A stretch of 64,000 nt of DNA from assembly GCA_964016885.1 (NCBI GenBank), contig OZ024747.1, forward strand, positions 27,900,001 through 27,964,000, in the 5' to 3' direction. The stretch comes from Eledone cirrhosa. Its lineage: Eukaryota. Positions 1-12,120 of this stretch are shown here, piece after piece. The notes under the pieces are model-generated. The model worked only from the letters and a program-made list of their open reading frames with translations, was not told the origin of the DNA and did not search any database. Made by a program: the position numbers and the translations under genes. Each line of letters begins with the position of its first letter. The first letter of the stretch is position 1.

Positions 1-939
1 AATTTATATTATTACAAATACATGACTGAAACTAAAAAAGTGCCCCAACTTGTGCCTACCTTACTATAGCCTGCCCTATAGTTGTTTAGATGCATAGTAT
101 AGGTAATATTACTGTAATTAATTGTGTTTTTGTTTACATTTGTTAAGAGATCAGTTGAATTTCTGCTACTGATACAGTATTTTGGATTCTAGCCGGAGTT
201 TCAAGTTCCTCAAAAGTAGTATCAATGTAATAGTCGATCCCATAAATTTAACCTTAAAAGAATGGTCTAAAAAATTCGACTTTTACATGAGTATATACAG
301 TAATTAATTTAACTGGACATCTAATTAATTAATTACAGAAGAAGTGTTTTATGGCCAGTTTCTCTGCTAGAGCAGGGATTAGTCTTGTGGGCTCCATGAT
401 CATGATAAACCATCTTCCTGATAAACCTAATTTAGTCACCTCTTACAATACACATATGACAAAAAACGCCCAGTCCACCCTCTTAGTCGTTTTGGTGCTA
501 TGATAAAAAGCACCCAGTCCACATAGTAATGTGGCTGGTGTTAGGAAGGACATTGAATTGTCTGATAACGCGACAACCCATCTAACCCATGCAATCATGG
601 AAAATGGACATTAAATGATGATGAACATATATATATATGTGTGTGTGTTTATATCTATGCCTTGTAACATAATGGATTGTCAAAAAGATATCAATAAAAT
701 AAGTACAAGACTTGAAAAAATAAGTACTAGGGTTGATATGGTGGCTAAAAATTAATAAAATTAACTAATTAAGAAGAAATCAGAACATGTATTTGTGTGA
801 TGTGCCTTGCCAACAGGAGCAATCCAAATTATATATTTCCCTATATTATGTATGACACAATACTAATGACTGCTGTAGTAAAGAATTGAATATATGTCTA
901 CATAGACAATGTGTCCAATGCTTTGGTTGGAGAGAAGGC

Positions 940-942
<3 letters not shown>

Positions 943-972
<30 letters not shown>
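943..972. repeat. (GA)n microsatellite
   Basis: Direct observation, in a DPH2 intron. Confidence 0.9.
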
Positions 973-976
<4 letters not shown>

Positions 977-984
977 GAACTCAC

Positions 985-1097
985 CTGCCATAGGATGTGT
1001 CTCCAAGAATAAATACTTTGGCAGAGACATTGCCATCGAGCCATGCTGCTATGGCAGCAGAATCGACCAAACATTCATCAGGAAACTGGAGTGACAC
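985..1097 (-). CDS. DPH2: DPH2 coding exon 3 (VSLQFPDECLVDSAAIAAWLDGNVSAKVFILGDTSYG-S)
   Basis: Matches the DPH2 N-terminal motif VALQFPD...FILGDTAYGSCC. Acceptor ttcccaccag|GTG, donor AG|gtgagt; 113 nt, phase 0 to 2. The next exon (CCVDE) was not found in the window. Confidence 0.92.
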
Positions 1098-1122
1098 CTG
1101 GTGGGAACAACATGAGGAAATG

Positions 1123-1290
1123 CTTACTACTAGATCTAATACCACTGCAACCATCATAACTACTACTACTACTAGCACTAACACCACTGTAACCATCATA
1201 ACTACAACAACTACTAACTACTATAGCCATGAATACTATTATTATAACTACTGTTACTAACTACTATTTCCACCAATACTAACTACTTTA
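1123..1290. repeat. Degenerate (ACT/ACC)n trinucleotide low-complexity tract
   Basis: actactact/accact runs; explains the poly-Thr and poly-Val ORFs. Confidence 0.85.
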
Positions 1291-1730
1291 GTAGTTTTTA
1301 GTATCTTAGACTAACCTACAATGTGTGCCCTTTCTTCACCCATCTGCCCATATACAATAATTTCAACTTACAATTTGGTAAGCTAATAATCCTAGTTTTT
1401 GACATTTCTTGTTCTGAGCACATTGTGAAACTCACCTATGCCATTTTACATAACTCAATCCAACCCTTGACACCACTTTTGATATTTCCACCATGCTGCT
1501 ACATGGCAAAGATGTTTAGCAATTTATTTATTGATTGCAGGAAATTATTTCATATTTATTCAATTACACTAATTTGAATAAAACTGTAATCCTTTAACGT
1601 TCAGTAATGCACCTCTCTGAAGTTTGCACTCTAGGTGATTGATTTATTGACTTTAATGTTAGTACCAGTCATACTAATGGGTTAATCATTTGTATTAGGT
1701 TGATAATTTGTATAGAATAGTTAGTCTTAC

Positions 1731-1908
1731 TCTCTGAAAGTCCTTGCTTATTATCCATTGCTGACATCTGAGGAGTTCGTACTTTTCAATAAGGTTGCTA
1801 CTGGATGCCAGGGATGTCTGAGATTCTTCAGAGAGATCTGGTTGGAATATTCCATCATTGGTACTGCTGAATGCCACAGGGATGAGGGATGTTGATGAAG
1901 TATTTTCA
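1731..1908 (-). CDS. DPH2: DPH2 coding exon 2 (ENTSSTSLIPVAFSSTNDGIFQ...NLIEKYELLRCQQWIISKDFQR)
   Basis: AFSS and YEL.R motifs resemble the DPH2 N-terminus. Acceptor ttttctatggcag|T, donor AGA|gtaaga; 178 nt, joins exon 3 in frame (FQR|VSLQFPD). Confidence 0.85.
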
Positions 1909-2113
1909 CTGCCATAGAAAACAACAATGAATTAATAAAAAGGTAAGGAAAGGAGCCATTAGAAAAAGCAAGGCATATGCTACCAAATTACAATCCTGTG
2001 TGAGTGTCAGTTGCAATTTTAGCTTCATATATATATATACATATATATAATAGTAGAACACTGGTGAGTTATATCTATAGTAGTAGAGCACTCAGTCCCT
2101 GGGACGAGTTTGG

Positions 2114-2255
2114 TAGAAGTAGTTCCACAACAGTTAGTTCACCATTACCAAGAACAATTGTTTCACCTTATTCGAATCATCTGAGCTGATGATCCGAATA
2201 AGGTGAAACAATTGTTCTCGGTAATGATGAACTAACTGTTGTGGAACTACTTCTA
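2114..2255. repeat. Fold-back inverted repeat (~67-bp arms) between TA microsatellites; likely Penelope-like retroelement terminus
   Basis: tagaagtagttccacaacagttagttcaccattaccaagaacaattgtttcaccttattcgaatcat pairs with 2189-2255 with about 3 mismatches. Confidence 0.85.
2181..2221 (+). ncRNA. Putative type I minimal hammerhead ribozyme motif
   Basis: CUGAG [CUGAUGA] UCC-GAAUAA-GGU [GAAA] C-AAUU-G UU CUCGG. Intact core boxes, stem I CUGAG/CUCGG, short stem II, palindromic stem III (AACAAUUGUU). Confidence 0.6.
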
Positions 2256-2540
2256 TATATATATATCATCAATATTTAAGCTCTATTTTCCATGCTTGCA
2301 TGGGTTAGACGACTGTAGGTTTACTTATGTTTTTAATTAATCTTTCGTCTTCCTGTTATTTCACATCCATATATCGATACATGCATACACGCTAGCTCGA
2401 AGTAGCTAGCCAGCAAATAATGTAGTGATAATTGCTGCTACAAGTTTATTACTCGAGGCTCAATGTACCAACAAGTGAATATTGTTATTGTAAAATAAAC
2501 ATTGTCAACATCACAATTCTGGCATTATTCTTTCTAGCAT

Positions 2541-2726
2541 AGGGCGGTGGATTGGCAGTATCAGTAGAGGGTCGGACGCCATGCTTTCCAGCATAGTTAT
2601 GTCCCTTTACGATCTGAGTTCAAATCCCACCGAGGTTCACTTGCCTTTCATCCTTACGGGGTCGATAAAATAAAGTACCAGTAATGCACTGGGTATGTTG
2701 CTGGTCTTGTGCCTAAAGTAGAGACA
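2541..2726 (+). mobile_element. tRNA-derived SINE (family A) with 17-bp target-site duplication
   Basis: B-box-like GAGTTCAAATCCC and central CCTTTCATCCTTACGGGGTCGATAAAAT. TSD attattctttctagcat at 2524-2540 and 2727-2743. Confidence 0.85.
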
Positions 2727-3797
2727 ATTATTCTTTCTAGCATTCATCCCGAAAAGAATACATTTATTCCCTTCAACCATGTCTTGCTCATACAGATATA
2801 TTTTTGACTTGGTTTTCTATGGTTAGATGCCCTTCATAATGCCAACCACATTTCAGCATGTAGAGTGAGCTTTTCTCGTGGCACCACCACTACCACTTTA
2901 CAGGGTGTCATGGCAACAGAACTGTGGTGGCCTCTGACTAAATTTCTCAAAAATAAATCTTTCCATTCCCTCCTCTTCTCACTATTTTTCGTTCTTATAT
3001 TTCTCATTTACATAATTAGTTGAGATTTCACCGATTACTTTAATGTACGTTGGCCAACCCCCAATGTACTAAAATGAACAGAACTTGTAGAACAAAGCCA
3101 CCAAGTCTGGTTTTTTGGCGAAGTCATTAACACCCAAACAAAATTTTGTTCCTGCAGAAAATCTATGACATTATTTTGATTTATATTATTCATCATCAAC
3201 ATGAAATTGGAACAAATCGAAAGTTATTAGGTAAACGAAAGTACAAGCGAATGGAATTAAACAACAATTAAAGTATTTTTTAAAACAATTGAATTATTTC
3301 TTTTAAAATTTCATTAGCACAATCGAATAAACCTACACCTTTGAAACGTATTTCTGCAAAATTTATTGGAAAAAAATAGGCATTATTAAGAAAGTTATAA
3401 GGAATCAATGTTTGGAGGTGTGAGCACAAAACTACAGTTAAGTCCTAATTTCTACGGTAATTTTTCTGGTTCGTTAACACAGTTAAAATACAAATTATAC
3501 CTTTATACCTTTACTGCCGATAATTAAATGTGTCGACACTTTTACAGTCGGTGTTAATTCAGACAGACATTTCTTAACAGCTGTTTTAAAAACTAACACC
3601 AAGTTTGTCTATTGTCTTTTTCAATTGTTTAGTCAGAAAAGGAAAGGCAATGTCTATGATCCCCTTCCAGAGGGCCTCCGAGGCTTGAGATCACCAGCAA
3701 GGCAGTCATAACAGCACTATAGGCCTCTGGGCAATGCAATGCAGTGGGGGGCTCTATATACAAAACTAAGGCACACTACATAGATTAGCATTGGAGC

Positions 3798-3837
<40 letters not shown>

Positions 3838-3944
3838 CTACAGAATATAAAAACATTGGGTCCCTGGGACACTGCCCAGCGTGTCTATGGTGTTAAACTG
3901 GAGAAAAGATTAAACTTACCACTCGAAATAAAATTTACCAGTCC

Positions 3945-4078
3945 CTCGATGGGCTTCCACACAATCTCCGCATACCAAATTTAGCTGACAAGATTTTGGT
4001 CGAAAACACTTGCCCAAGGTACCGCGTAGTGGGATCGAACTCGTAGTTATGAAGCAAACTTCTTAACTAGCAGCCGTG
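3945..4078 (-). mobile_element. tRNA-derived SINE fragment; related copy at 4785-4867
   Basis: Both share ccaaattt.gctga.aag, aaggtaccgcg.agtgggatcgaactc and agcaaacttcttaacta; B-box GAGTTCGATCCC on the minus strand. Confidence 0.65.
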
Positions 4079-4370
4079 TAAATAAATGTAACACAAGTCT
4101 ATCTTTACACAATGTCAAACACACGCAATTAATAAAAACAGAAATATAAGGTAGACTCTACGCGACGGCCATTCACCATGCTAGAAATAGTAGTCAATTT
4201 CCATTCAAATATATCGTAGTGCCTTCAAAAATGTAATTAGCTATTGGAAAACGTAGTTGTAGATATCTAAAATTAAAGAAGACAGTCATGGCCAGAATGC
4301 CGTTAATCAGAGGGAGCTGGGGGTCAAAACAAAAACAATGTAAAGCTAAAAGTATACAGAGGAGACGAAC

Positions 4371-4399
4371 CTGTCGTTTGATTCATAACAATCCACCAT
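4371..4399 (-). CDS. DPH2: Probable DPH2 first coding exon (MVDCYESND-S)
   Basis: ATG in aaagATGG context, 29 nt ending AG|gttcgt. The phase-2 end fits the single leading T of exon 2. No homology support for this short peptide. Confidence 0.55.
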
Positions 4400-4562
4400 C
4401 TTTACTGACATGTGGGTGATACATAACAGGAAGTGTGCAGTGCGCATGTATCAACAACTGTTGATAATTTAGGCGCCATTTACAAGAAGAGAACATTTGA
4501 AAGTATCATCTCGTCTCGCCTCTTCAGTTAGACATAATATTCAGCTGGAATTGATTGACGTT
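4400..4562. promoter_or_regulatory. Bidirectional promoter / 5' UTR region shared by DPH2 and SMC2
   Basis: 163 bp between divergent ATGs. Contains ETS-like ACAGGAAGTG (4426-4435), NRF1-like TGCGCATG (4441-4448), YY1-like GGCGCCATTT (4472-4481) and CHR-like TTTGAA (4496-4501). Confidence 0.6.
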
Positions 4563-4730
4563 ATGTATATTAAATCAATCGTTATTGATGGCTTCAAGTC
4601 ATATGCTCAACGGACAGAGATTAATGGATTCGATCGTCTATTCAATGCAATCACTGGCTTAAATGGAAGTGGTAAATCTAATATTTTAGATTCGATATGT
4701 TTCCTGCTCGGTATATCGAACTTATCGCAG
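4563..4730 (+). CDS. SMC2: SMC2 exon 1 ([14 protein letters not shown]...[25 protein letters not shown])
   Basis: SMC N-terminal Walker A; donor CAG|gtaagt; 168 nt. Confidence 0.97.
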
Positions 4731-6820
4731 GTAAGTATATATAAATATGTTTGTGTGTGTATAGGTTTGTTGTATATATTTCCGCCTACCAAATTTCGCT
4801 GATAAGGTACCGCGCAGTGGGATCGAACTCCTAGTTGCAAAGCAAACTTCTTAACTATACAGTCATGAAATGATATATGAATGTGTGTTTGTGAATATGT
4901 ATATATTTGTATATACAATAAAATATTGATGCAATTCCATTCAAGAACTCAACGTACCTTTTCTGCATAGGAAAGACGGAATATTTATAGAATAATGAAA
5001 TAAAAAGTAGTTCAGATGTTAAAATTCCTTTAGTGAAAGGTCGTTATATATATTTCGATGACAGCATATATCTGTTATATATATTACGATGACACGTAAT
5101 TCCGTGTTAAATCCAATGCTATGATATCATCAGACAGCTTCTTACACAATAAGGTTACTTTTATTATCCAAGTTCGAAGTGATAAGGGAACGGACGAACA
5201 CGATGCTTTTGAAGCGACCGTCCGTTCCCGTATGTGTGTATATATATACATTTGTATACACACACACTTTCCTTTGCGATTTTGACCACATATAAACACC
5301 TGTGCAATGACTTAACTCAGAATTAAATCTCCGTCACGATGTCATCAGTTCTTACTACAACTGTCAACATTAGTATTCGTTTCATTACACAATCACTTCG
5401 TACTGCTATATTCAGTTAGTCAATAAAAATATCTCAAATGTTATACATAACTATCGTCTTGTCTCCTTTGCAAAACTTCAGTTGGATGTTTTGTTTAGAT
5501 TTGGAATTAATTGTTTTTTATTTTATTGTTTTTATTATATTAATTTATGTAGTGTGGATCTGTTCTGGAGAAGTATTGCCTAAACCTCTTTAATATTTAT
5601 ATAAGCTATGGGTTCGATTTCTGAATCAGTTGATGCTTCATTTCACATTGCTTTTCAAGAGAGGACTCTAACCACCATAAATAAAACGCTTGAGAAACCT
5701 ATGAAATGCAATATTGTAAAAGGCCAGTTAAACCTATATGAGAGTGCACTGTAACAATAACATGATAGGACTGGAGCCTCTATCATTAAAACACCCAGCT
5801 AAACCTACATAGGTGTGAGCTGTGAATTTGATTTTCATAGCAAAATTACATTTATTTATATTTTAATGTTTGTTTTTCGTCAGAAATGTATATCTGTTCT
5901 ACACAATGCTTGTGTGTATGTCCCACAATTGTTATTTTGCCAGAAAGATTAAAAGCTAAGTAGACCTCAGCATGATTTGGCTCTTTATATTCTGAGATCA
6001 AACACTGTAGCAGTGATTTGATACTTCCAAGAAGCTGACCTTTGTGGCCTCATAGATAAGTTTACATTGTGAATGGGTTTTCAAGTTGCCAATATGTTTA
6101 AGATTTTGACATATTAAACGACCATCAGCTTGTTCTCGAGTTCCGGAGAGAAAAGATGGAATACTCATAAATAGCCTGCTCACAGAGTTCATATCGGCCA
6201 GCCAAAATTTGATATACCTCTCAGTTGCATGAGTGACCTTCATAGTCAAAAGAAATCATTACTGGTGGATCTTAAGCTGATATTTGGTCCTCACATATAT
6301 GGTACCTACAATTGGAATCATGACTGGCTAATAATATCTGTTTTGTACATGAACAATGTAGTGCAGATGAGGTGAGAGAAAAACTGGGTAAACAAAAATC
6401 AGACGTGAGCTAGTGAGAAGATGCATATGGATGACGCTCATTGAATAAAGACGTGCCAAGAGATTCCTGTGGTGAGAATTGATCTCAACATGTTGCCTCA
6501 CAGAGATGATCATAAAGAAATGCAGCATGTGGAGGGAAGCTGTACTGGAGAAGACTCGTCCAACCCATGGATGATGATAATGTCTGTGATAGCCTTGCAT
6601 GGACACCCTCTGTTCACAATGGTGTGGATATTCCCTGGTTGAAGCCAGTATATTGACACCATCATTATAATCATAACTGGCTGACAATATCTGCATAAAA
6701 TGTCTGATAGCCTTGCATGGGCAGCCTCTGTCCATGGATATTCACTGGTTGTATCTGGCTCTGCTCATCCTGGGTAAACACTGATGTAAGTACAAAGTAA
6801 TTAGAATCATCACTCTAGAT

Positions 6821-6966
6821 CAGAGTTTCCCAAACATTTTTGAATGTGGAACCCTTTTTTTTTTCAGAAACTTTTGGGGTGAACCCCAAAGTCTAATACT
6901 GTTATATGGTCATAATATAAATATACTCCTCTACTCTTTTCACGGAATCCAATTTGGGGGCCATTA
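6821..6966. mobile_element. hAT-type MITE with 8-bp TSD CTCTAGAT
   Basis: ctctagat at 6813-6820 and 6967-6974; termini cagagtttcccaaac ... tttgggggccatta form an imperfect TIR. An 8-bp NTCTAGAN TSD is typical of hAT/Charlie elements. Confidence 0.75.
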
Positions 6967-7013
6967 CTCTAGATACAAGTAATTACTGCTTCTGTATTGT
7001 TGATTTTCTTCAG

Positions 7014-7163
7014 GTTCGTGCTGCCAACCTTCAGGAGCTTGTCTACAAGAGTGGCCAAGCTGGAGTTACAAAAGCCACTGTCAGTATTGTGTTTGATAAT
7101 TCAGACAAGAAACATGGGCCATTAGGTTATGAACAATATGATGAAATCACTGTCACTAGACAG
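7014..7163 (+). CDS. SMC2: SMC2 exon 2 ([29 protein letters not shown]...ITVTRQ)
   Basis: SMC2-typical sequence; ttttcttcag| and |gtaagt; 150 nt. Confidence 0.97.
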
Positions 7164-7470
7164 GTAAGTGTTGGTTAATATATATTATCCAGTGCTGGAG
7201 AAAACTCGCCTGCCAGCATAAAAATGAGATCTCTTCACCTCCACCTTCTCAGCAACCCCCAAACCTCCACCACACCATATGTGTGTGCCGTAGGAAGTAA
7301 CTAAAACAATTGGGTACTAGGAAGGGATATGGTTGTAAAACATCACCACAAAAAAGATTCATGAGGGCCCTCAAAGTTAACCCTTGTTCTAGCAAGGAAA
7401 ATTGCTTTATAACCTTTAAAGAAGTATTGTACTGCTACTGTGCTATATTTTACTGTATTTCTCTCTTCAG

Positions 7471-7632
7471 GTTGTTATTGGTGGCCGTAATAAATACATG
7501 ATCAATGGTATGCCCGCTCAACATAACCGTGTCCAGGATCTCTTCCAGTCTGTCCAACTGAATGTCAACAACCCTCATTTTCTCATCATGCAAGGTCGGA
7601 TTACCAAAGTTCTCAACATGAAACCCCCTGAG
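7471..7632 (+). CDS. SMC2: SMC2 exon 3 ([13 protein letters not shown]...[24 protein letters not shown])
   Basis: Q-loop region; ctctcttcag| and |gtaagt; 162 nt. Confidence 0.97.
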
Positions 7633-8068
7633 GTAAGTTCAATTTATTTTTACTGTCATACACATTTAGTCATCTATGTCATACATTCACTATCATAGAC
7701 CATCATACATCATACATATACATATAGTCCTCTATATCCACTGTCCATGTTTCACTATCATACACCATTGCCCTTTTGATACCAAACTGCCTGAAACAAC
7801 TCTTAGGTCTACAACACAAAACTGTTTATTCTGAAATGTTTATATTTATCTAAAAACCTTCCATCATAATTTTATGTAAGAATCTTTATGTTCCAAACTC
7901 CAGATAACTAATGAGAACGTTATATTACTATATCCCTCCAAATTCTTGATTAATTAAAAAATTATTTGAAAATCATAGGCAGTATCTTTTAGAAATATGG
8001 TAACAAAAGATTTAGATTTGTACATGTGCTGTTTAACAATCTTCTGTTATTGTTCTATCACTGTTTAG

Positions 8069-8179
8069 ATTTTGTCAATGATTGAAGAAGCTGCAGGGAC
8101 ACGTTTATATGAAACCAAGAAGGAATCAGCCCAACGCACAATTGAGAGAAAAGATGCTAAACTGGCTGAGATTGAAACT
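8069..8179 (+). CDS. SMC2: SMC2 exon 4 ([18 protein letters not shown]...KLAEIET)
   Basis: Conserved IEEAAGT motif; tttag| and |gtaaat; 111 nt. Confidence 0.95.
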
Positions 8180-8963
8180 GTAAATATCTTGTTTGAATTT
8201 TGAAATGTTTTTTATTGTGTATCGAGGAGGGAAGGCAGTGTCTATGACACTTTGCAAGCTCTTCCATGGCTGATGGGCAAGAGGGATCCTGTACCGACCA
8301 AAACAATGTTAGCAAGACATTCTTGAAAAGTAGAAAATAGCACTGACTAAAAATACTGCAAATTTTCACAACAATCTATCCATTTGTACCATAAATATTT
8401 GAATAACAAACCTGTTTTTAGATATTTTCTGCTAAATCATCAAAAGATGTTAAATGCATGCAAAGATTTTCTGGTACTAAACTTAATATTAAAGTATGGG
8501 TTAGCATTAATAAGGGCATCTAGATGTAGCAAAACTGCCTCAAAAAAGTTTTCTTCAATCCATGACAGCATGGAAAACATGTAATAATGATGATGATGGT
8601 AAACTGAATATGTAATGGAAAAGTAAAGTGGTTGTTATTCAAATGGAGACAACATAAAGTTGAGAGGACCCTTTTGGTAATGCTGGGGCCATGATAAAAT
8701 GTACCCAGTACACTGTAAAGTGATACTGCTGGTGCCATGATAAAATGCACCTAGTACATTTTCTAAAGTGGTTGGTGCTAGGAAGGGCATTCAGCAACCA
8801 AAACTAGAACATATACGCAAGATGTGGTTTTCCAACCCATTTAGTCTTGGACTGTGGTAACCCATGCCAGTGGGGAAAATGAAGATAAAACTAGTGTAGA
8901 GATAGAGCTGTTTATGTTTATAATTCATGTTTAACAGACATTAAATGTTGTTGTTGCTGTTAG

Positions 8964-9101
8964 GTCTTGCGAGAAGACATTAACCCTACTCTAACCAAAT
9001 TAAGGGAAGAAAGATCATCATATCTGGAGTTCCAGAAAATCACCAGAGAACTAGAACATTTAACTAAACTCTACATTGCTTACCAATTTATGTGTGCAGA
9101 G
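8964..9101 (+). CDS. SMC2: SMC2 exon 5 ([25 protein letters not shown]...AYQFMCAE)
   Basis: Conserved [12 protein letters not shown]; gttag| and |gtaagg; 138 nt. Confidence 0.95.
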
Positions 9102-9539
9102 GTAAGGTTCTCTTCTTTGTTTTGTAAATCTCATTGAATTCATCTTTGTTTTTATTATAAAGATGTCTGGATGTATGTCTCTTTTTATGAATAAATATTA
9201 TTATATATATGGTTGGAAGGACTCTTTAGTTGTGTCAAAGACATGACAGCCCCCACAAGTGTTTGTGATCTACATGATAAACTCACATAGTACACTTTGT
9301 AAAGTGGTTGGCAATAAGGAGAGCATCCAGCCATAGAAAATGTGATCAGGATGACTTCAGTTGTTTAAAAAACATGGCAACCTCACTAGTGCTGGTGCCA
9401 TGATAAAATGCCCTTGCTAAAGTGCAAGAACATATGTAAAAATGATATGGGGTTCCAGTCCGTTTGAAAGGACAGTAGTTCAGCTTGCTCATGGGGAAAA
9501 TGGATTTAAATGATGATGATGAGTGAGATTGCATACATA

Positions 9540-10119
9540 CAGATACAACACTGATTCTCCTACAACTGATCGGTCACCATCTGTTTTCATTCAGACTTAA
9601 CCATCTCGCCAACTGCAATCCTGAGTGCCTCTTTGATCTCCATGTGTCTAACACACGTGGACATGCCTACAAGATAAGAAAACAGCACAGCTCCCATGAC
9701 TTTCGCAGACATTTTTTCACGCTCAGAGTTGCTGAAGCATGGAACAAACTGCCTGCGTCAATTGTTAGCTGCCGAGACACTGCATCCTTTAAGACACTCA
9801 TGCTTCCCGAAATACGCCAAAACTACACCTGATGTGCCTCTTCCATACACATGCACACATGTGTGTATCATGACTCGTGCACTGTTCATTTTACTGATGT
9901 TTGTGCATTGCCCTATGTACTGTACATGCACTTTTTTGATGGGTTGTGGTGCACCTGGGCACTGTGCACAATATTTCATTATTGTTATTGTTATTATATC
10001 ATGACTCATACACTGTTTATCTTCCTGACATTTGTACATTATTCTATGTACTATACATGCACCTTTGATGAGTTGTAGTGCACCTGAGCACTGTACACAA
10101 TAATTTCATTATTATTATA
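9540..10119 (+). mobile_element. 5'-truncated CR1/L2-type LINE 3' end
   Basis: ORF 9644-9832 TRGHAYKI...RRHFFTLRVAEAWNKLP...SFK matches the C-terminal motif of CR1-group ORF2. The 3' UTR is tandemly duplicated and ends in (ATT)n. Confidence 0.8.
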
Positions 10120-10650
10120 ACTATTGGTAGATATTTGAGTTTCCTGTGACCCACCAAGTTAATTAGGAGGTTACTGTATTGCATTAGATTTAATTTTAAA
10201 TAATTGTACTATCATAATTGTAAGTTGAAGTATAGGGAGAGTGTTTCTGACTTCATATGTTTCTCATGGATTATTATATAGTTCTGCAAAACAGATAATC
10301 TGACATTGGTTTGGAACAAGGACTGCCAAAACCTCATTGTTGTACTTGTGTGAGTGTGTATAGGTAGGTAAAACAACACAAATAGGACACGGGAGCAAGC
10401 CATTGAATAGCGTGGGAGTCTAAAGCAGGCAGACAGACAGAGATGTAGATAGATAGATAGAAAGAGAGATGTACATTTTTATTGTAATTGTTTAAAAGGT
10501 CCCAGTGTTCCTTCTGTGTGATTTGATCATCTCTCTCTCTCTCTATATATATATATAATGTGTGCTTTTCATTATTTTCACTCTTGTTTTACACAGTGGC
10601 TGAGATATTTATATTTGTAATGTAATATAATTTATTTCTGTTCCTTCTAG

Positions 10651-10728
10651 GATCGAAAGAAGAAATCTGTTGATGAAGTTGCAGAGATAACAGAAACCAT
10701 TGCTATATTGGCAGAAAGATCTAAAGCA
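10651..10728 (+). CDS. SMC2: SMC2 exon 6 (DRKKKSVDEVAEITETIAILAERSKA)
   Basis: ttccttctag| and |gtaagt; 78 nt, phase 0/0, coiled-coil-like. Confidence 0.85.
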
Positions 10729-10744
10729 GTAAGTTTCATGTATT

Positions 10745-10962
10745 GTGTGGCAATGGTTGTGGTGTGTAGTGAGTGGTGGTGTGTAGTGATGGAGGTGAGT
10801 GGTGGTCTGTAGTGATGGTGGTGTGTGGTGATGGAGGGAGGGAGGGAGTGGTGGTGTGTAGTAATGGAGGTAAATGGTGGTGTGTAGTGATGAAGGTGGT
10901 TGTGATAGCATTTTTGTTGGTGTAGTGGTTGTGATAGCATTATTGTTGATGGTGGTTGTGAT
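10745..10962. repeat. GGT/GTGTAGTGAT-rich degenerate tandem repeat
   Basis: Repeated ggtggtgtgtagtgat units immediately after the exon 6 donor. Confidence 0.75.
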
Positions 10963-11051
10963 GTCTTTACTTAGTCATTACTGTCAATATTTTGCTATAT
11001 ATTTCATTATCATTACTATTAACATTTAATATATTTTATTTAATTTTCCAG

Positions 11052-11114
11052 ATTGAAGAAGAAATAAAAGTTGTGAATCAACAGATTCAGGAATTGGAGT
11101 CTAGAAAAGAAAAC
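11052..11114 (+). CDS. SMC2: SMC2 exon 7 (IEEEIKVVNQQIQELESRKEN)
   Basis: ttttccag| and |gtaaga; 63 nt, coiled coil. Confidence 0.87.
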
Positions 11115-11970
11115 GTAAGAAAACACCACTTTCATAATATTGATGTCATATTAACCTATTTACAGGTGTTGTTGATAGATCTGTGGCACTGGTGGTTGAT
11201 TTATGACACTGTGTTTTGGTAGAGCTGTTCTACTAAAGACTGGGTAACAGGTAGCAATACACCCACCAGATATGGGGGTTAGTTACAATACAAGTGGGTT
11301 TCTGCCAGATGAATAAGCAACCCCAAACTAAACAGTGGTAAACTACTAGGATACAGTCCTCAGCTTGCCTGGGACGTCAGTAGACCCATCCAACCCTTGC
11401 TAACGGGGAAAGCAGACATTAAAATGATGCTTATGATGATATATATGTATGCAGTTGGTTATACACTATATTTTTTGCACGATTCTGATTTCAATACAAA
11501 GGAATAAAATTGTCCCCACTGTGCCAATACTAATACCAACAGCTTCAGATATCATCCTCACAGTAACGGTCTTCCATCATTAAACTTTACACTTCCTCAA
11601 TACTTTCCTCCATCTGTAGAAACCTGCTTTGCACATCAATTCGCCCCATAGGCCTCTGTTTTGGTTTTCTCAAGTTTAACACAAAATTTGTTGGCATAAC
11701 ATTGCACCATGTTTCCCTGAATCATGCCAGATGTTTACAGATCAGTGAATCAGATCACATTGGTTCCACCACTGCACTCCAACCCAGGCAGCTTGGAAGT
11801 TGTCAATTAGTAACTTTATATATATGTAAGTTTACTTCACCATGAAATAGCATTCTAATTGACTGATATTTAATGCCTCTCCTGAAATTTTCTCATCACT
11901 TATTGAACACACCTCATATATATACAGATATAGCTTTATTGAGATAACCATTGGTTAAATTATTTTGCAG

Positions 11971-12120
11971 GAAGCTGGGGCAGCTTTATCAAAGGTTCAG
12001 AAAGAACTTTCTGATGCTAATGTGGTCCATGCCAAAATCCACAGTGCTCTTGACAGTAAGAAGGAAAGTCTGAAAACTGAGGAGAAAAAGAAGAAATCTT
12101 TGATTAAACAAAAAGATGAT
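11971..12120 (+). CDS. SMC2: SMC2 exon 8 (EAGAALSKVQKELSDA...LIKQKDD)
   Basis: ttttgcag| and |gtaagt; 150 nt. Confidence 0.9.

Noticed and set aside
997-1260. 87-aa plus-strand Thr-rich ORF
   Set aside because: Antisense of a DPH2 exon plus an (ACT)n microsatellite.
2114-2255. Hairpin as a pre-miRNA
   Set aside because: Near-perfect ~67-bp arms in TA repeats with a hammerhead motif fit a mobile-element inversion better; no expression data.
4497-4562. N-terminal extension of SMC2 from the TTG at 4497
   Set aside because: Non-ATG start from the ORF finder; SMC2 homology begins at the ATG at 4563.
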